Source: a virus (taxonomy: Duplodnaviria; Caudoviricetes). From it: a DNA stretch of 63,769 nucleotides. The position numbers and the translations under genes are program-made. Below the pieces are notes generated by a model. The model ran no database searches, was not told the origin of the DNA, and was given only the letters and a program-made list of their open reading frames with translations. The DNA lies in the IMG/VR virus record IMGVR_UViG_3300027819_000012, positions 1-63,769 of that record; one strand, 5' to 3'. Shown one piece after another: positions 20,127 to 28,800 of this stretch; the first letter of the stretch is position 1; the number at the start of each line of letters is the position of its first letter.

Positions 20127-21073
20127 GTAGCCTCCCCGGTCTCCTGGTTATATTCCATCAGCACCGGATCGCGTTCGGTGCTCGCGCGGCCGCGATCCAG
20201 GCTCGCGGCGAGCAGCCGCATCGCCTCGACCTGCTTCTGCTGGTGCGCGCTCAGGCTTTCCTTCTCGACCCGCTCCGCAGCCAGGCGCCCCAGTTCCTCC
20301 TCCTGCTGATCGATCACTTTCACCGTCATGCCCATGTCGGCGAGCGACAGCCCGGTGCGCGAGATCAGCTCGCCCAGTGGCCTGAAAAGCGGATGCGCCT
20401 CGATGTCGTAGATCTGGTGCATCTTCCCCTGGTCGTCGGTGTACTGCGCCAGGATCATCACGCCTTCCTTGTCGGTGTAGTACTGCGGCGAGGTGATCTT
20501 CACGCCGTCGGCGATGATCGTCTGGAGGATCTGCTGCAGCACCGCGAAGATGGCCCCGTGCAGGTCCGAGTAGATGCCCATCAGAGCTTTCGGCTCCCGC
20601 TGTTCGAACGCCGCCTGGTGCAACATGAAGAGTTCCGTCTTCTTGACGCACGCCGGCTGCTGCGCGCACCACTCCCGGTCGACTTCGCACCCGGCGCAGT
20701 GCGCGTAGCCATCAGGTTTGGCCGGGAAGTAGGTCGCCGTTTTGGCGTGCAGCCCGTGGCGCATCGCGTTGAAGCGCGTGCGCCGGGCCTCCTCGGGCGT
20801 CGGGTGACCGTCGAGATTGGCGCTCGATGCCGCCTTCCCCTCGGCCGTGCGCGGTCCCGTGGCGTTCTGCCAGGCCTTCAGGAGCGCCCGTTCCCACGGC
20901 GCCTGTTCCACCTCCTGGCCACACCCCACACATTTTGAGTAGTACCGCCAGGGATGGTGCTCGAGCTCGGGCGCGTCCTCGACCCGTTCAGGCGCCGCTG
21001 AGAACGTGCGCCGACATGGCCTGCATTGGAACGTAACCTCCGCCCGGGGGCGGAGAGGGTCGAGTTTCGGCAT
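20123..21073 (-). CDS. Putative terminase small subunit with Cys/Zn clusters
   Basis: Immediately upstream of TerL; CxxC...CxxC, TGPRTAEGKAASSAN, CxxC..C..C; ATG 21073. Confidence 0.55.
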   Translation of the reverse strand: MPKLDPLRPRAEVTFQCRPCRRTFSAAPERVEDAPELEHHPWRYYSKCVGCGQEVEQAPWERALLKAWQNATGPRTAEGKAASSANLDGHPTPEEARRTRFNAMRHGLHAKTATYFPAKPDGYAHCAGCEVDREWCAQQPACVKKTELFMLHQAAFEQREPKALMGIYSDLHGAIFAVLQQILQTIIADGVKITSPQYYTDKEGVMILAQYTDDQGKMHQIYDIEAHPLFRPLGELISRTGLSLADMGMTVKVIDQQEEELGRLAAERVEKESLSAHQQKQVEAMRLLAASLDRGRASTERDPVLMEYNQETGEAT

Positions 21074-21220
21074 GCTGCGGATTGTCCGCAGCGGCCGCAA
21101 GTCAATGCTATGGGGTCAAACCGTCCTACCCGTGGTACCCTACGGCCCAGCTCTCAAGCGGCGCGGCGGAATCGTCCCGGCAACTCTGCCTCCACCGATT
21201 TGGTTCTAAGTGTGGCCAGA

Positions 21221-21231
21221 TCGGGGAGCCA
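21221..21231 (+). other. att remnant: last 11 nt of tRNA-Asn (TCGGGGAGCCA)
   Basis: Identical to 63600-63610; followed by IHF-like site and arm-type repeats. Confidence 0.8.
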
Positions 21232-21233
21232 AT

Positions 21234-21286
21234 AATCAAGCACTTACATGTTAGCGCCCGCTGACTAGTTCCGCAAAGTTCCGCAA
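21234..21286 (+). promoter_or_regulatory. att arm: IHF-like site and tandem integrase arm-type sites
   Basis: AATCAAGCACTTA fits WATCAANNNNTTR; AGTTCCGCAA twice at 21267-21286, same motif at 63450 and inverted at 63512. Confidence 0.7.
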
Positions 21287-21292
21287 TTCCGA

Positions 21293-21847
21293 CTATTTGC
21301 AGACTTCCCTATCGGCCCGGATGATGGTCTGCGCAGCCGCGAGCTGCTTGACTACTTCGTCGGCTCGGCCGGCTTCGGAAACGAGAAACGCTGCATCAGG
21401 TTCTGCAAGAAATCCGCTTCCCGCCGAACCATCACGTCCGAGGGTGCCGGCGCCAGCCGGATCTGCGGCGTTTCCAGCAGCCGGCTCGGCGCGGGTGGCA
21501 AGGGCGACGCGCAGGCTGAGATTCCCAGTGTGCAGATCAGCAATGACTTTCTGAGTACGTTTCGCATCGATTGCCCTTTCGCGTTGGTATTGCGCGGAGA
21601 CATCGGCCACGGCTTGAGCGGATCGCTGTTCCGCCAGGCGCACCCGTTCAGTTGCCACCTGTAGCGCGCGATCGGCTGCGGCTTGAGCCTCGGCATCGCG
21701 CTTCGCGTAATCCGCGCGGAGTGCAGCAGTTTCGGCCTTGGCGTAGTCGAGTCGCAGAGTTTGTACGCCGCCCCAGGCAAGGACCGCTGCGAAAGCGAGA
21801 CCGGTCAGGACGGCAGGATTGCGCAACAGCAGCAAGATCGCGCTCAT
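21293..21847 (-). CDS. Rz: i-spanin (Rz)
   Basis: N-terminal TM, coiled coil, ...EAGRADEVVKQLAAAQ C-terminus. Confidence 0.85.
   Translation of the reverse strand: MSAILLLLRNPAVLTGLAFAAVLAWGGVQTLRLDYAKAETAALRADYAKRDAEAQAAADRALQVATERVRLAEQRSAQAVADVSAQYQRERAIDAKRTQKVIADLHTGNLSLRVALATRAEPAAGNAADPAGAGTLGRDGSAGSGFLAEPDAAFLVSEAGRADEVVKQLAAAQTIIRADREVCK
21352..21567 (-). CDS. Rz1: o-spanin (Rz1) embedded in Rz
   Basis: Alternate frame MRNVLRKSLLICTLGISACASP with lipobox and Pro-rich body. Confidence 0.8.
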   Translation of the reverse strand: MRNVLRKSLLICTLGISACASPLPPAPSRLLETPQIRLAPAPSDVMVRREADFLQNLMQRFSFPKPAEPTK

Positions 21848-22260
21848 AGCAGGGCCGCCTCGGCCGCGCGCCGGACCACGAGCCCGAGCAGCACTCTGCC
21901 ACCGCCGCGGACCCACTTCGCGAGCTCGGCCTTGGCGCCGTTGACATCGCCCGCGTTGAGTCTGCGCCGCAGCGTTGAGCCGGCCAGGCGCGTCGCGCCA
22001 AGGTTGTATGAGAAATCCGCGATGGCGCCCCATGCGTCACCCTCGATCCGCGGGCAAAGCTTGCGCGTTGCACGCGCATGGATCTCGGCATCTTCCGCCA
22101 TGCGGGCCTCGGCCTGCTCCTGAGTCCACGTCGTGCCCGGCTTGATGTCCGGCCCGGTGGATCCGTACCCGCACGTCAGCACGCCGGCCGGGCAGTAGTA
22201 GGCGCGCAGCCGTAGGCCCTCGAAACGGCGAATCAGAGTAGGGAGCGCGTCGGGGATCAT
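21844..22260 (-). CDS. Endolysin, GH24 lysozyme
   Basis: FEGLRLRAYYCPAGVLTCGYGST catalytic region; GLVVRRAAE C-terminus. Confidence 0.92.
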   Translation of the reverse strand: MIPDALPTLIRRFEGLRLRAYYCPAGVLTCGYGSTGPDIKPGTTWTQEQAEARMAEDAEIHARATRKLCPRIEGDAWGAIADFSYNLGATRLAGSTLRRRLNAGDVNGAKAELAKWVRGGGRVLLGLVVRRAAEAALL

Positions 22261-22736
22261 CTGCCCGCCTGCTTGCGCAGCGCCCGGTCAACAAACCAGA
22301 AGCCGAGGATCATGGAAAGGACGCCCCAATCCTGGCTACCCCATAGCGTATTTGCGTCGAAGATCGGGAACACGAATGCGGCAATGATGGTCGTCACCTT
22401 GTAGACGGTGAAAAGCACCATCCACCAGTACGTCAGCAGGGGTCGCACGGTCGCGTTGAGCACGTCCACCCAGTGGGCGCCGGTCGGCCGCGCCTGCGTC
22501 CGCAGCGTCTCGATATAGGCGCTCGCCTCGCCCGTCAACAAGCTCGCTTCGGATTGCGCGTGCACCATGTCGATTGCAAGCTTTGCGCGCTCCCGGTCGA
22601 TCTCGAGTTGCAGCCGCGTCATGCGATACTCGTGTTCTCGTTCACGCTGCTCGCTGAGTAGCTTGAGCAGCTCCGGTACGAAGCGCAACAGCGCACCGAG
22701 CCCACCGCCGAGCAGAGTGAGGATGGTGGTAATCAT
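22257..22736 (-). CDS. Holin-like membrane protein (3TM GTA-holin-like)
   Basis: VRPLLTY...ILGFWFVDR pattern, upstream of lysozyme. Confidence 0.7.
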   Translation of the reverse strand: MITTILTLLGGGLGALLRFVPELLKLLSEQREREHEYRMTRLQLEIDRERAKLAIDMVHAQSEASLLTGEASAYIETLRTQARPTGAHWVDVLNATVRPLLTYWWMVLFTVYKVTTIIAAFVFPIFDANTLWGSQDWGVLSMILGFWFVDRALRKQAGR

Positions 22737-22915
22737 TTCATGCCTTTGGCTATGCCGTAGGCAGCGATGCCGACGATCGCCCACACGATGATCCGCCAGA
22801 CCAAGGACCAAATCCCCCGGCCCAAATTGCCGTAGAAGCGCCGCACGATCCGCCGCTCCATTTCATCCGCGAGCGCGATCACGTCGGCGTCACTCAATCG
22901 CCGCTCTTCGGTCAT
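22733..22915 (-). CDS. Small membrane protein (holin/antiholin candidate)
   Basis: 60 aa with C-terminal TM, in lysis cassette. Confidence 0.65.
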   Translation of the reverse strand: MTEERRLSDADVIALADEMERRIVRRFYGNLGRGIWSLVWRIIVWAIVGIAAYGIAKGMK

Positions 22916-23505
22916 ACCGGCCACCCCATTTCGATGTTCACTGCCAGCACAGCCGGGATGTCGGCTGCCGCGTCGATCTGGTCCTTGTAGCGCCCAGCCG
23001 TCCCGGCGATCGCCGCCTCGAGCGCCGATAGCCGCGCCGCGTTGGCGAGCACGCGCGCGACGACCGAGGCCGTCGTTGCCTGACGCGCTTGGGCCTCAGC
23101 CGCAAGGAGCGGCGCGTCCGCATCGGTCGCCTGCGCGCCGGCCACCTGGTAGGTGAGAGCCTCGGCCCGCTTGATCGGCCAACTCGCCATTTCGCCCGGA
23201 GAGTAATCAGCCACCACGGCGTCACGCTTTGCGCGCGCCAGCAGGTCGCACTCATGCTTGCGGTCCGTCTTCGCGGCCGCAAGGCGCTGCGCGTAATCCG
23301 GCGCGAGCGTGAGTGTGCCGGCGTCGACCACCAGGTCCTCCGGCCGCGCGCCGGCCGGTATGCTCGCCCCCTCGATCACCGCCGCACCGGGCAGATCGAG
23401 GATCTCAACTTGAGAGCCATCGGCGTAGGTGACAAGCGGCGGCGCAACGATAGCGCTGTCCGGCAACAGGTAGTAGCACTTCCCTTCCTGTACGATAGCT
23501 TTCAC
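22912..23505 (-). CDS. Tail fibre assembly/chaperone-like protein
   Basis: GTG overlaps fibre stop; YSPGEMASWPIKRAEA...INIEMGWP-type C-terminus. Confidence 0.7.
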   Translation of the reverse strand: MKAIVQEGKCYYLLPDSAIVAPPLVTYADGSQVEILDLPGAAVIEGASIPAGARPEDLVVDAGTLTLAPDYAQRLAAAKTDRKHECDLLARAKRDAVVADYSPGEMASWPIKRAEALTYQVAGAQATDADAPLLAAEAQARQATTASVVARVLANAARLSALEAAIAGTAGRYKDQIDAAADIPAVLAVNIEMGWPV

Positions 23506-25787
23506 AGTGCGGAACCTCCGAGGATGCAGGCCCGCTGCGCAGCGGCGGGAGTCGCGGATATCCGGGTCGCGCTGCTGCTGTAAGCCAGCACGCCGATGCA
23601 CCCCGACGGCTTCACTGCGCCAAGAGCAATCATCGCCGTGCCCCCTTTGAAGTCATTGATGCGTGAAACCACCGGCACACCGCCAGACACCGTGAGATTC
23701 GCGAGTCCGTAGGTCACGGGACTTGCGTCGTTTCCGAACGACAGGCACAGCAGCACGCGCCCGTCAGCCAACTGGGCGCCGCGCATCTGCCCGCGTGAAG
23801 TCAAGTCTGCCGTATCGGGCAGTCGAGTCTCGGTGCCGAGCGTAATGCCAGACCCGGTATCGGTCACGACAACCCCGTAAGTGGTGCTCAAGGTGCTCGG
23901 CGTGGTGCTATCGAGCACGTAGAGCACAATCGACGTGGTCGCTGAACCCTTCCATACCCCGCTCGGCCGGTATGCTGCGCTCTTGAGCACCGTCGGCGTG
24001 CCTACGGTGATGGTAGTGCCGCTGACCGTCAGCCGCACCACCATCGGACGCGACGTGGTGTTGTTGTAGTACACTGCGTGCGCCAGTGTCGCGGAGAGCG
24101 CAACCACTGCGCCAGGCCCGTTCGCGTCGGCCGTCTGCACCGTCGCCACGGCGTTCACAGTGCAGGCACCCGTGCTCCCGTTGATCGAGACCGTAACTGC
24201 CTTGTGCGCAGTGGTGATACCGTAGGCCACCAGCGCGAGCGTCGCAGAAAGCAGCGTGCACGATGCGTACACCAACTCGGCAGCCTCGATGGTCTGCGCA
24301 ACCCCCTTCGCGGTCAGTGCCAGGGTAGAGGTGTTGATCTCATACACTTGACACAGCGACGTGCCCGACCCTGGGACGGAATACGCAACGAACGCCCACG
24401 TCGCCGTGACAGCTACGGCATCCAGGCGGAATGGCGCGGCCGCCGAAGCAGCCGAGCCGACACTCTCATCCGCGCCGAATTTGAGCCCGCCCGCTGCGAT
24501 CTTGTACCCTGTCGCGAAGATGCTGTTGTTCGGCGCGCCGTTGTGCACTTCGCGAAAGAGAATCCCGTAAGTGCTGTCGAGCTGGACCGCAACTGCATTC
24601 CACGCCTGGGTGTAGTCGTGCGTCTCGTGGGTGAGCGGTTGGCCACCGCCAATGTAGATACCGTCAGCCGCCCCGGGGAACTCGCCGCACGACACCGACC
24701 ACACGCCGTCCGCCGTCGCCTGGGATGCGCAAAACACCATCGCGATGCTGTTCGGCATCGACCACCCCACGACGTTGCCACTGCTGCTGTTCTTGATCGC
24801 AGCCGGATAGCTACCGACGTTTCGGATGATCGTCTGTGGTCCGCCGGCGTCGGTCAGTGTCGTCGCGTCCGCCAAGACCACGGCAAAACCGCCCGCATTC
24901 GGCGCGATCACTTGATACCGCTTGCTCGCTGAGGTCAGCACGAGATTCGCCGACATCGGGTCGGTGGTGAGTGCGCCGCCGTTCGCGGACCCGGACGCAC
25001 CTCGCGGACCGGACAGCGCGATGGTCCAGTCTGTGTAAGGCCCTCCGGCGATGTCGGCCTGAGTGACGTTGACCGTGAGCGACGGATCGGCGAACGCCGT
25101 GACCGTCCCGTAGCAGATCTTCGATGCGTCGCTCGTGCGCGCGATGCTGACTGGTTGCCCGACGCCGAAGGATTTCCCGGCCTGATCCAGCGCGAAGGTC
25201 TTGCTGCCCAGCGCGAGCGTGAAGCTGGTTGCGCTCGTCGCCTTGGTGCTCGGCGCATTCACGGCGGTCGCAGCGCTCGCCGCAGCGGCTGCGACGCTAA
25301 CGTTGACGCTGGCCTGGCCGGCGGCGATGGTGTTGTTGATCGTGGTCAGGAGGTCCGAGACGCTCGTGATAGCGTCAGCAACCGATACCTTGAGCGCCCT
25401 CCCGGTTTCCTCAAGCGCCTGCTGCACAAGCATGGTCAGCTTGTCCAGGGCGTTCTCCAGCACCTTCGGATAGAACCCGCCCTGATTCGGTATGGACGCC
25501 CCCTGAGTCGCCCCCACGTTGCGCAGAATCGTGATCTGCACCCCCGTGGCCGGGGCTACGGTGGCTGTAATGCTCCCGCCGGGCGACGCGCTTTGATCCG
25601 CGTTCAACGCGACCGTGTAGTCCGCACCTTGCGTGAGCGTCGTATCGGTCAGAACGCCGCCCACCGTGGCGGTACTGATGACCTTGACATCCGCTCCCTG
25701 CTGGGACTGGATGCTGAACGCAAAGACCGTCGTGACGCCGTCACCGTTGTACGGCCCCGCCTTGCTGGTTGAACTCGATACGGCCAC
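23502..25787 (-). CDS. Tail fibre / receptor-binding protein
   Basis: T7 gp17-like N-terminal anchor (GDGVTTVFAF...ENALDKLTML); repetitive beta-rich C-terminus. Confidence 0.85.
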   Translation of the reverse strand: MAVSSSTSKAGPYNGDGVTTVFAFSIQSQQGADVKVISTATVGGVLTDTTLTQGADYTVALNADQSASPGGSITATVAPATGVQITILRNVGATQGASIPNQGGFYPKVLENALDKLTMLVQQALEETGRALKVSVADAITSVSDLLTTINNTIAAGQASVNVSVAAAAASAATAVNAPSTKATSATSFTLALGSKTFALDQAGKSFGVGQPVSIARTSDASKICYGTVTAFADPSLTVNVTQADIAGGPYTDWTIALSGPRGASGSANGGALTTDPMSANLVLTSASKRYQVIAPNAGGFAVVLADATTLTDAGGPQTIIRNVGSYPAAIKNSSSGNVVGWSMPNSIAMVFCASQATADGVWSVSCGEFPGAADGIYIGGGQPLTHETHDYTQAWNAVAVQLDSTYGILFREVHNGAPNNSIFATGYKIAAGGLKFGADESVGSAASAAAPFRLDAVAVTATWAFVAYSVPGSGTSLCQVYEINTSTLALTAKGVAQTIEAAELVYASCTLLSATLALVAYGITTAHKAVTVSINGSTGACTVNAVATVQTADANGPGAVVALSATLAHAVYYNNTTSRPMVVRLTVSGTTITVGTPTVLKSAAYRPSGVWKGSATTSIVLYVLDSTTPSTLSTTYGVVVTDTGSGITLGTETRLPDTADLTSRGQMRGAQLADGRVLLCLSFGNDASPVTYGLANLTVSGGVPVVSRINDFKGGTAMIALGAVKPSGCIGVLAYSSSATRISATPAAAQRACILGGSAL

Positions 25788-25810
25788 TTGACGCCCTCCT
25801 GTGTCACCTC

Positions 25811-25879
25811 AGTATCCCGCGCGCGGGCGGGGGTAAGCGCCCCACCCAGTATCCCGTAAGGCCGCTGGGGTAAGCGGAC
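25811..25879 (-). promoter_or_regulatory. Two tandem putative late promoters CGCTTACC-N15-GATACT
   Basis: Copies at 25811-25839 and 25848-25876; same motif at 41005-41067 and 46124-46152. Confidence 0.7.
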
Positions 25880-25882
25880 CGA

Positions 25883-28800
25883 CTAGTGCGGCTTGCGATA
25901 GCCGAACAATATCGCCGCCGGGTTGCTCGTTTCCCCTTCCACCAAAGCGTTGACGCCGGTAACGGTGCGATTCGCCTGCGCAGACGGCAGTCCGAACATG
26001 TCCCCAACCACGTTGATCGCCGCCTTGCGGAAGGCATCGTCGAACTCGCCCTGATGCGCTTGTTTGGCGAGGGAGACGCTATCGGCCGCCAGGCGCACCC
26101 CCGCCGGGCCGGTGTAGTCGCGCCCGAAGTCGTTGGCCCCGGTGAGCTGTTTGCCGGCCTCGGCGAATTCACGCACTATGACCATCAGCCCCATGAGATA
26201 GTCGATCTGCGCGGCCAGCAGCTCGCGGGCAAGCTTTTCCATATCCCAGTCATCGTCCCCGCCCGGAGTGATCGCCTGCTTGAGCGCGAAGGCGAGCATG
26301 GGCGGCACAACGCCGATCATGAGCAAATCGGCGGCTTTCTTGCCGCGACTGGCGGGCGACATAACCGCGTTGACACCGAGATTGAAGGCCGTGTTCATGA
26401 ACGAATAGAACACGGTAAAGAGCTTCTGCGCCGACCCGCCGCGCTCGATTGCCGACAAATCCTTGAGCATCCCGCCGCCCTGCGAGTCGATCACTGCTTG
26501 GTCCGCGAGCGCGATGGCGCGCGAATCCTCGTTCCCCTCGGAGACGGCTTTCTCGTAAGCGCCCCACCAGGTAGGCACGTCAACGGCCTGCTGGAATCGC
26601 ATCATCAGGAAGTAGATGCCACCCTTGATCGCCGCGCCCGCGGCGGTTTCGTCCTGCACTTTGTTGCGCAGTTCGTTCAGCTCGCGGAACCGAGTTCGCG
26701 CTCGGTTGGCCATGAAGTCGGATTTTTCGTTTGCCTCGCGCGTCGCATCGATTGGATGCGCAATGTAGTGCGCAATACCCCTACCCATCCACTTGGCCCC
26801 CACGCGGACAATCGACTGCGTGACCCCCAGGGGCTGCATCAGCGCGTTCATTACGTTGAACCCAAGGCCCGCGGCGCTTACTCCCTGGCGCAAACGGGAT
26901 AGCGCTGCCTCCCCGGCGTTCGCCGCGCCGCGCTCACCCTCGGCCACGTCGGCAATCCACGTCTTGAACTGCGTCTTGACCTCGGGCCCGTAGTGCTCGC
27001 GGATTGCGCCGTCGATGGTTTGGGACCGCATCAGGCGATTGGCGTCGATCAGCCACTCGTGCCAGGCCAGATCGTGGATCACGTCATTCACGCCGCTGTA
27101 GAGCCCTGCGAGCGAGTAGAGCAGCGGCCGGCCGGTGACTTCCTCGGCGCGCGCCTTGGTGAAGCTGCGCCGCGTGGTCGCGCTGGTGTAGGCCCCCTGC
27201 AACTGGCGCTTCGCGCCTTCCGCGTCGGCGTGCTCCTCAGCGCGCTGGCTCGCAGCGGGGTCGTATTTGATGGGGTAATAACCCCCGCGCAAGCTGACGC
27301 TCTGTCCGTCCGCCGTGCGCACCGTGAACGGCGTCGGCGCAACCCAAGCTGGCTCCTTGCCGTACACCCGGCGCTCTTTCGCCGCGATCTGCGGGCGGTA
27401 AGTCTCAAAATGGTCCCAAATGGCTTGCACGGCTTGCCATTCGGCCGCCGTGAGGGTGTTCAGCACTGGTTGGATCTGCGCCACGGTCCACCCCTCCCCA
27501 CCCAAGAGGCGCTGCAAATTGCCCTCGTTGCCGGTGTTGAGCGCGATTGCGAGACGCGCCTCGCGGTTAAGGCTGCGCTCGATGCCCGGGAACGCCTGCC
27601 CGCTGCCGCCCATTCGCCCCAGCTCAAACACCGGAGCGAGAATCCCCGAAATCTGCCGGGTCGCGTCCGCGCGCAGCGTGGCTTCCATGTCGCCGCGCTC
27701 GTTGGCGCTGCGCACGAAATATTCCCACATCGGCCCGCCGTCCTTCTCCCCGTCCAGTTGGCGCGCGAGCATTGCGGCCTTGCGGTGCGCCGCCCAAAAG
27801 CGCTTGAGCCCCTGCATCGCGCGCCCCGTGGCCGTTGTCGGCGTGCGGGTATCGGCGGCGCGGCCGCGGGCATTCGCCTCAATACTCGCCGCTATCTCAT
27901 CCCGCACGGCCTCGTAGGCGCGTTGGTCCCGCGCCGTGAGTAGCTTGTGCTTGAGTCGGCCCAGGTGCTCGATCTGCCTTACCGTGTCCACCAGGCCGCG
28001 GAACTGCTCAACGGTGAGGTTCTTGTAGTGCTGGCGGAAGGCTTCGTTCTCCAGGGTTTGCGGGATGTCCGGCTCAAAGCCCATTTCGCGCTGCGATTCG
28101 AGCCAGGCAGCCAGCGTGGCGCGCTTATCGATCTCTTTGAGGGATCGCTTACGCAGATCGAAGCGCTCCAGCAGACCGTCGATCTGGTCGGCGTAATCCG
28201 CGTCCAGCGTCTTGCGCGACGCCTCGAAGCCCTTGAGGTATTCGATGCCCTTCCGTACCTCCTCCAGCGCGGCGCCAGCGGCGCGGGCGAGCCGGTTGTT
28301 GAGCAGCTGGGCGCGCTTCTCGATCGCCGCGGTCTGCACGTCATCGGCGGCCAGAGCCTTGTCCGCGTTGCGAGCGGCCTTGGCCTCGGCCGCCGTGTAC
28401 TGCGCGGGGCGCACGTCGCGCACGCGCTTGGCAGCGATGGCGGTTTCGGCAGCTACTCGGGCCGCTTCTGCAATCGCCCTGGCCGGGGCCTGCGCCCGGG
28501 TGAGCGCCTTCAGCTCGGTAGCGACGAACCGCGCACGCGCTTCGTTGTGGATCGAGGCCTCGGCAGCGCGCTCGATCGCCTGCGGATCGGATAGCTCGCC
28601 GTAGCGCTCCAGCATGCGTTGATCGGTCAAACCTTCGATCTTGTCGCGCACGCTTTCCGCGTCAAGAATGCTGCGCACGAGCGCGTCGCCGCTGGAAAAG
28701 CCGAATATCTCGGCCACGGCATCAGGGTGCATGCCATCCCTGCCGACCATGCCGTGCAGCGCGCCGATGTCCGGGCGCGCGAGCGAACCTTCCGGGTACA

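Larger units (their letters stand above)
1..21220 (-). mobile_element. Prophage/phage-like element 1 (siphovirus-type head, lysis and tail arm; continues beyond left edge)
   Basis: Contiguous minus-strand terminase-portal-MuF-capsid-neck-lysis-tail tube-chaperone-tape measure order; no sheath gene seen; ends at the tRNA 3' remnant at 21221. Confidence 0.9.

Noticed and set aside
1-21220. Gene transfer agent or tailocin
   Set aside because: It has a full head module, a very long tape measure, a moron and an att-like junction, which fit a prophage; replication genes may lie outside the window
21205-21225. Mu-type transposable phage end (TG...CA) for element 1
   Set aside because: Head genes are Mu-like, but no transposase or repeated MuA sites are visible and the junction coincides with the tRNA 3' end; it cannot be fully excluded without the other end
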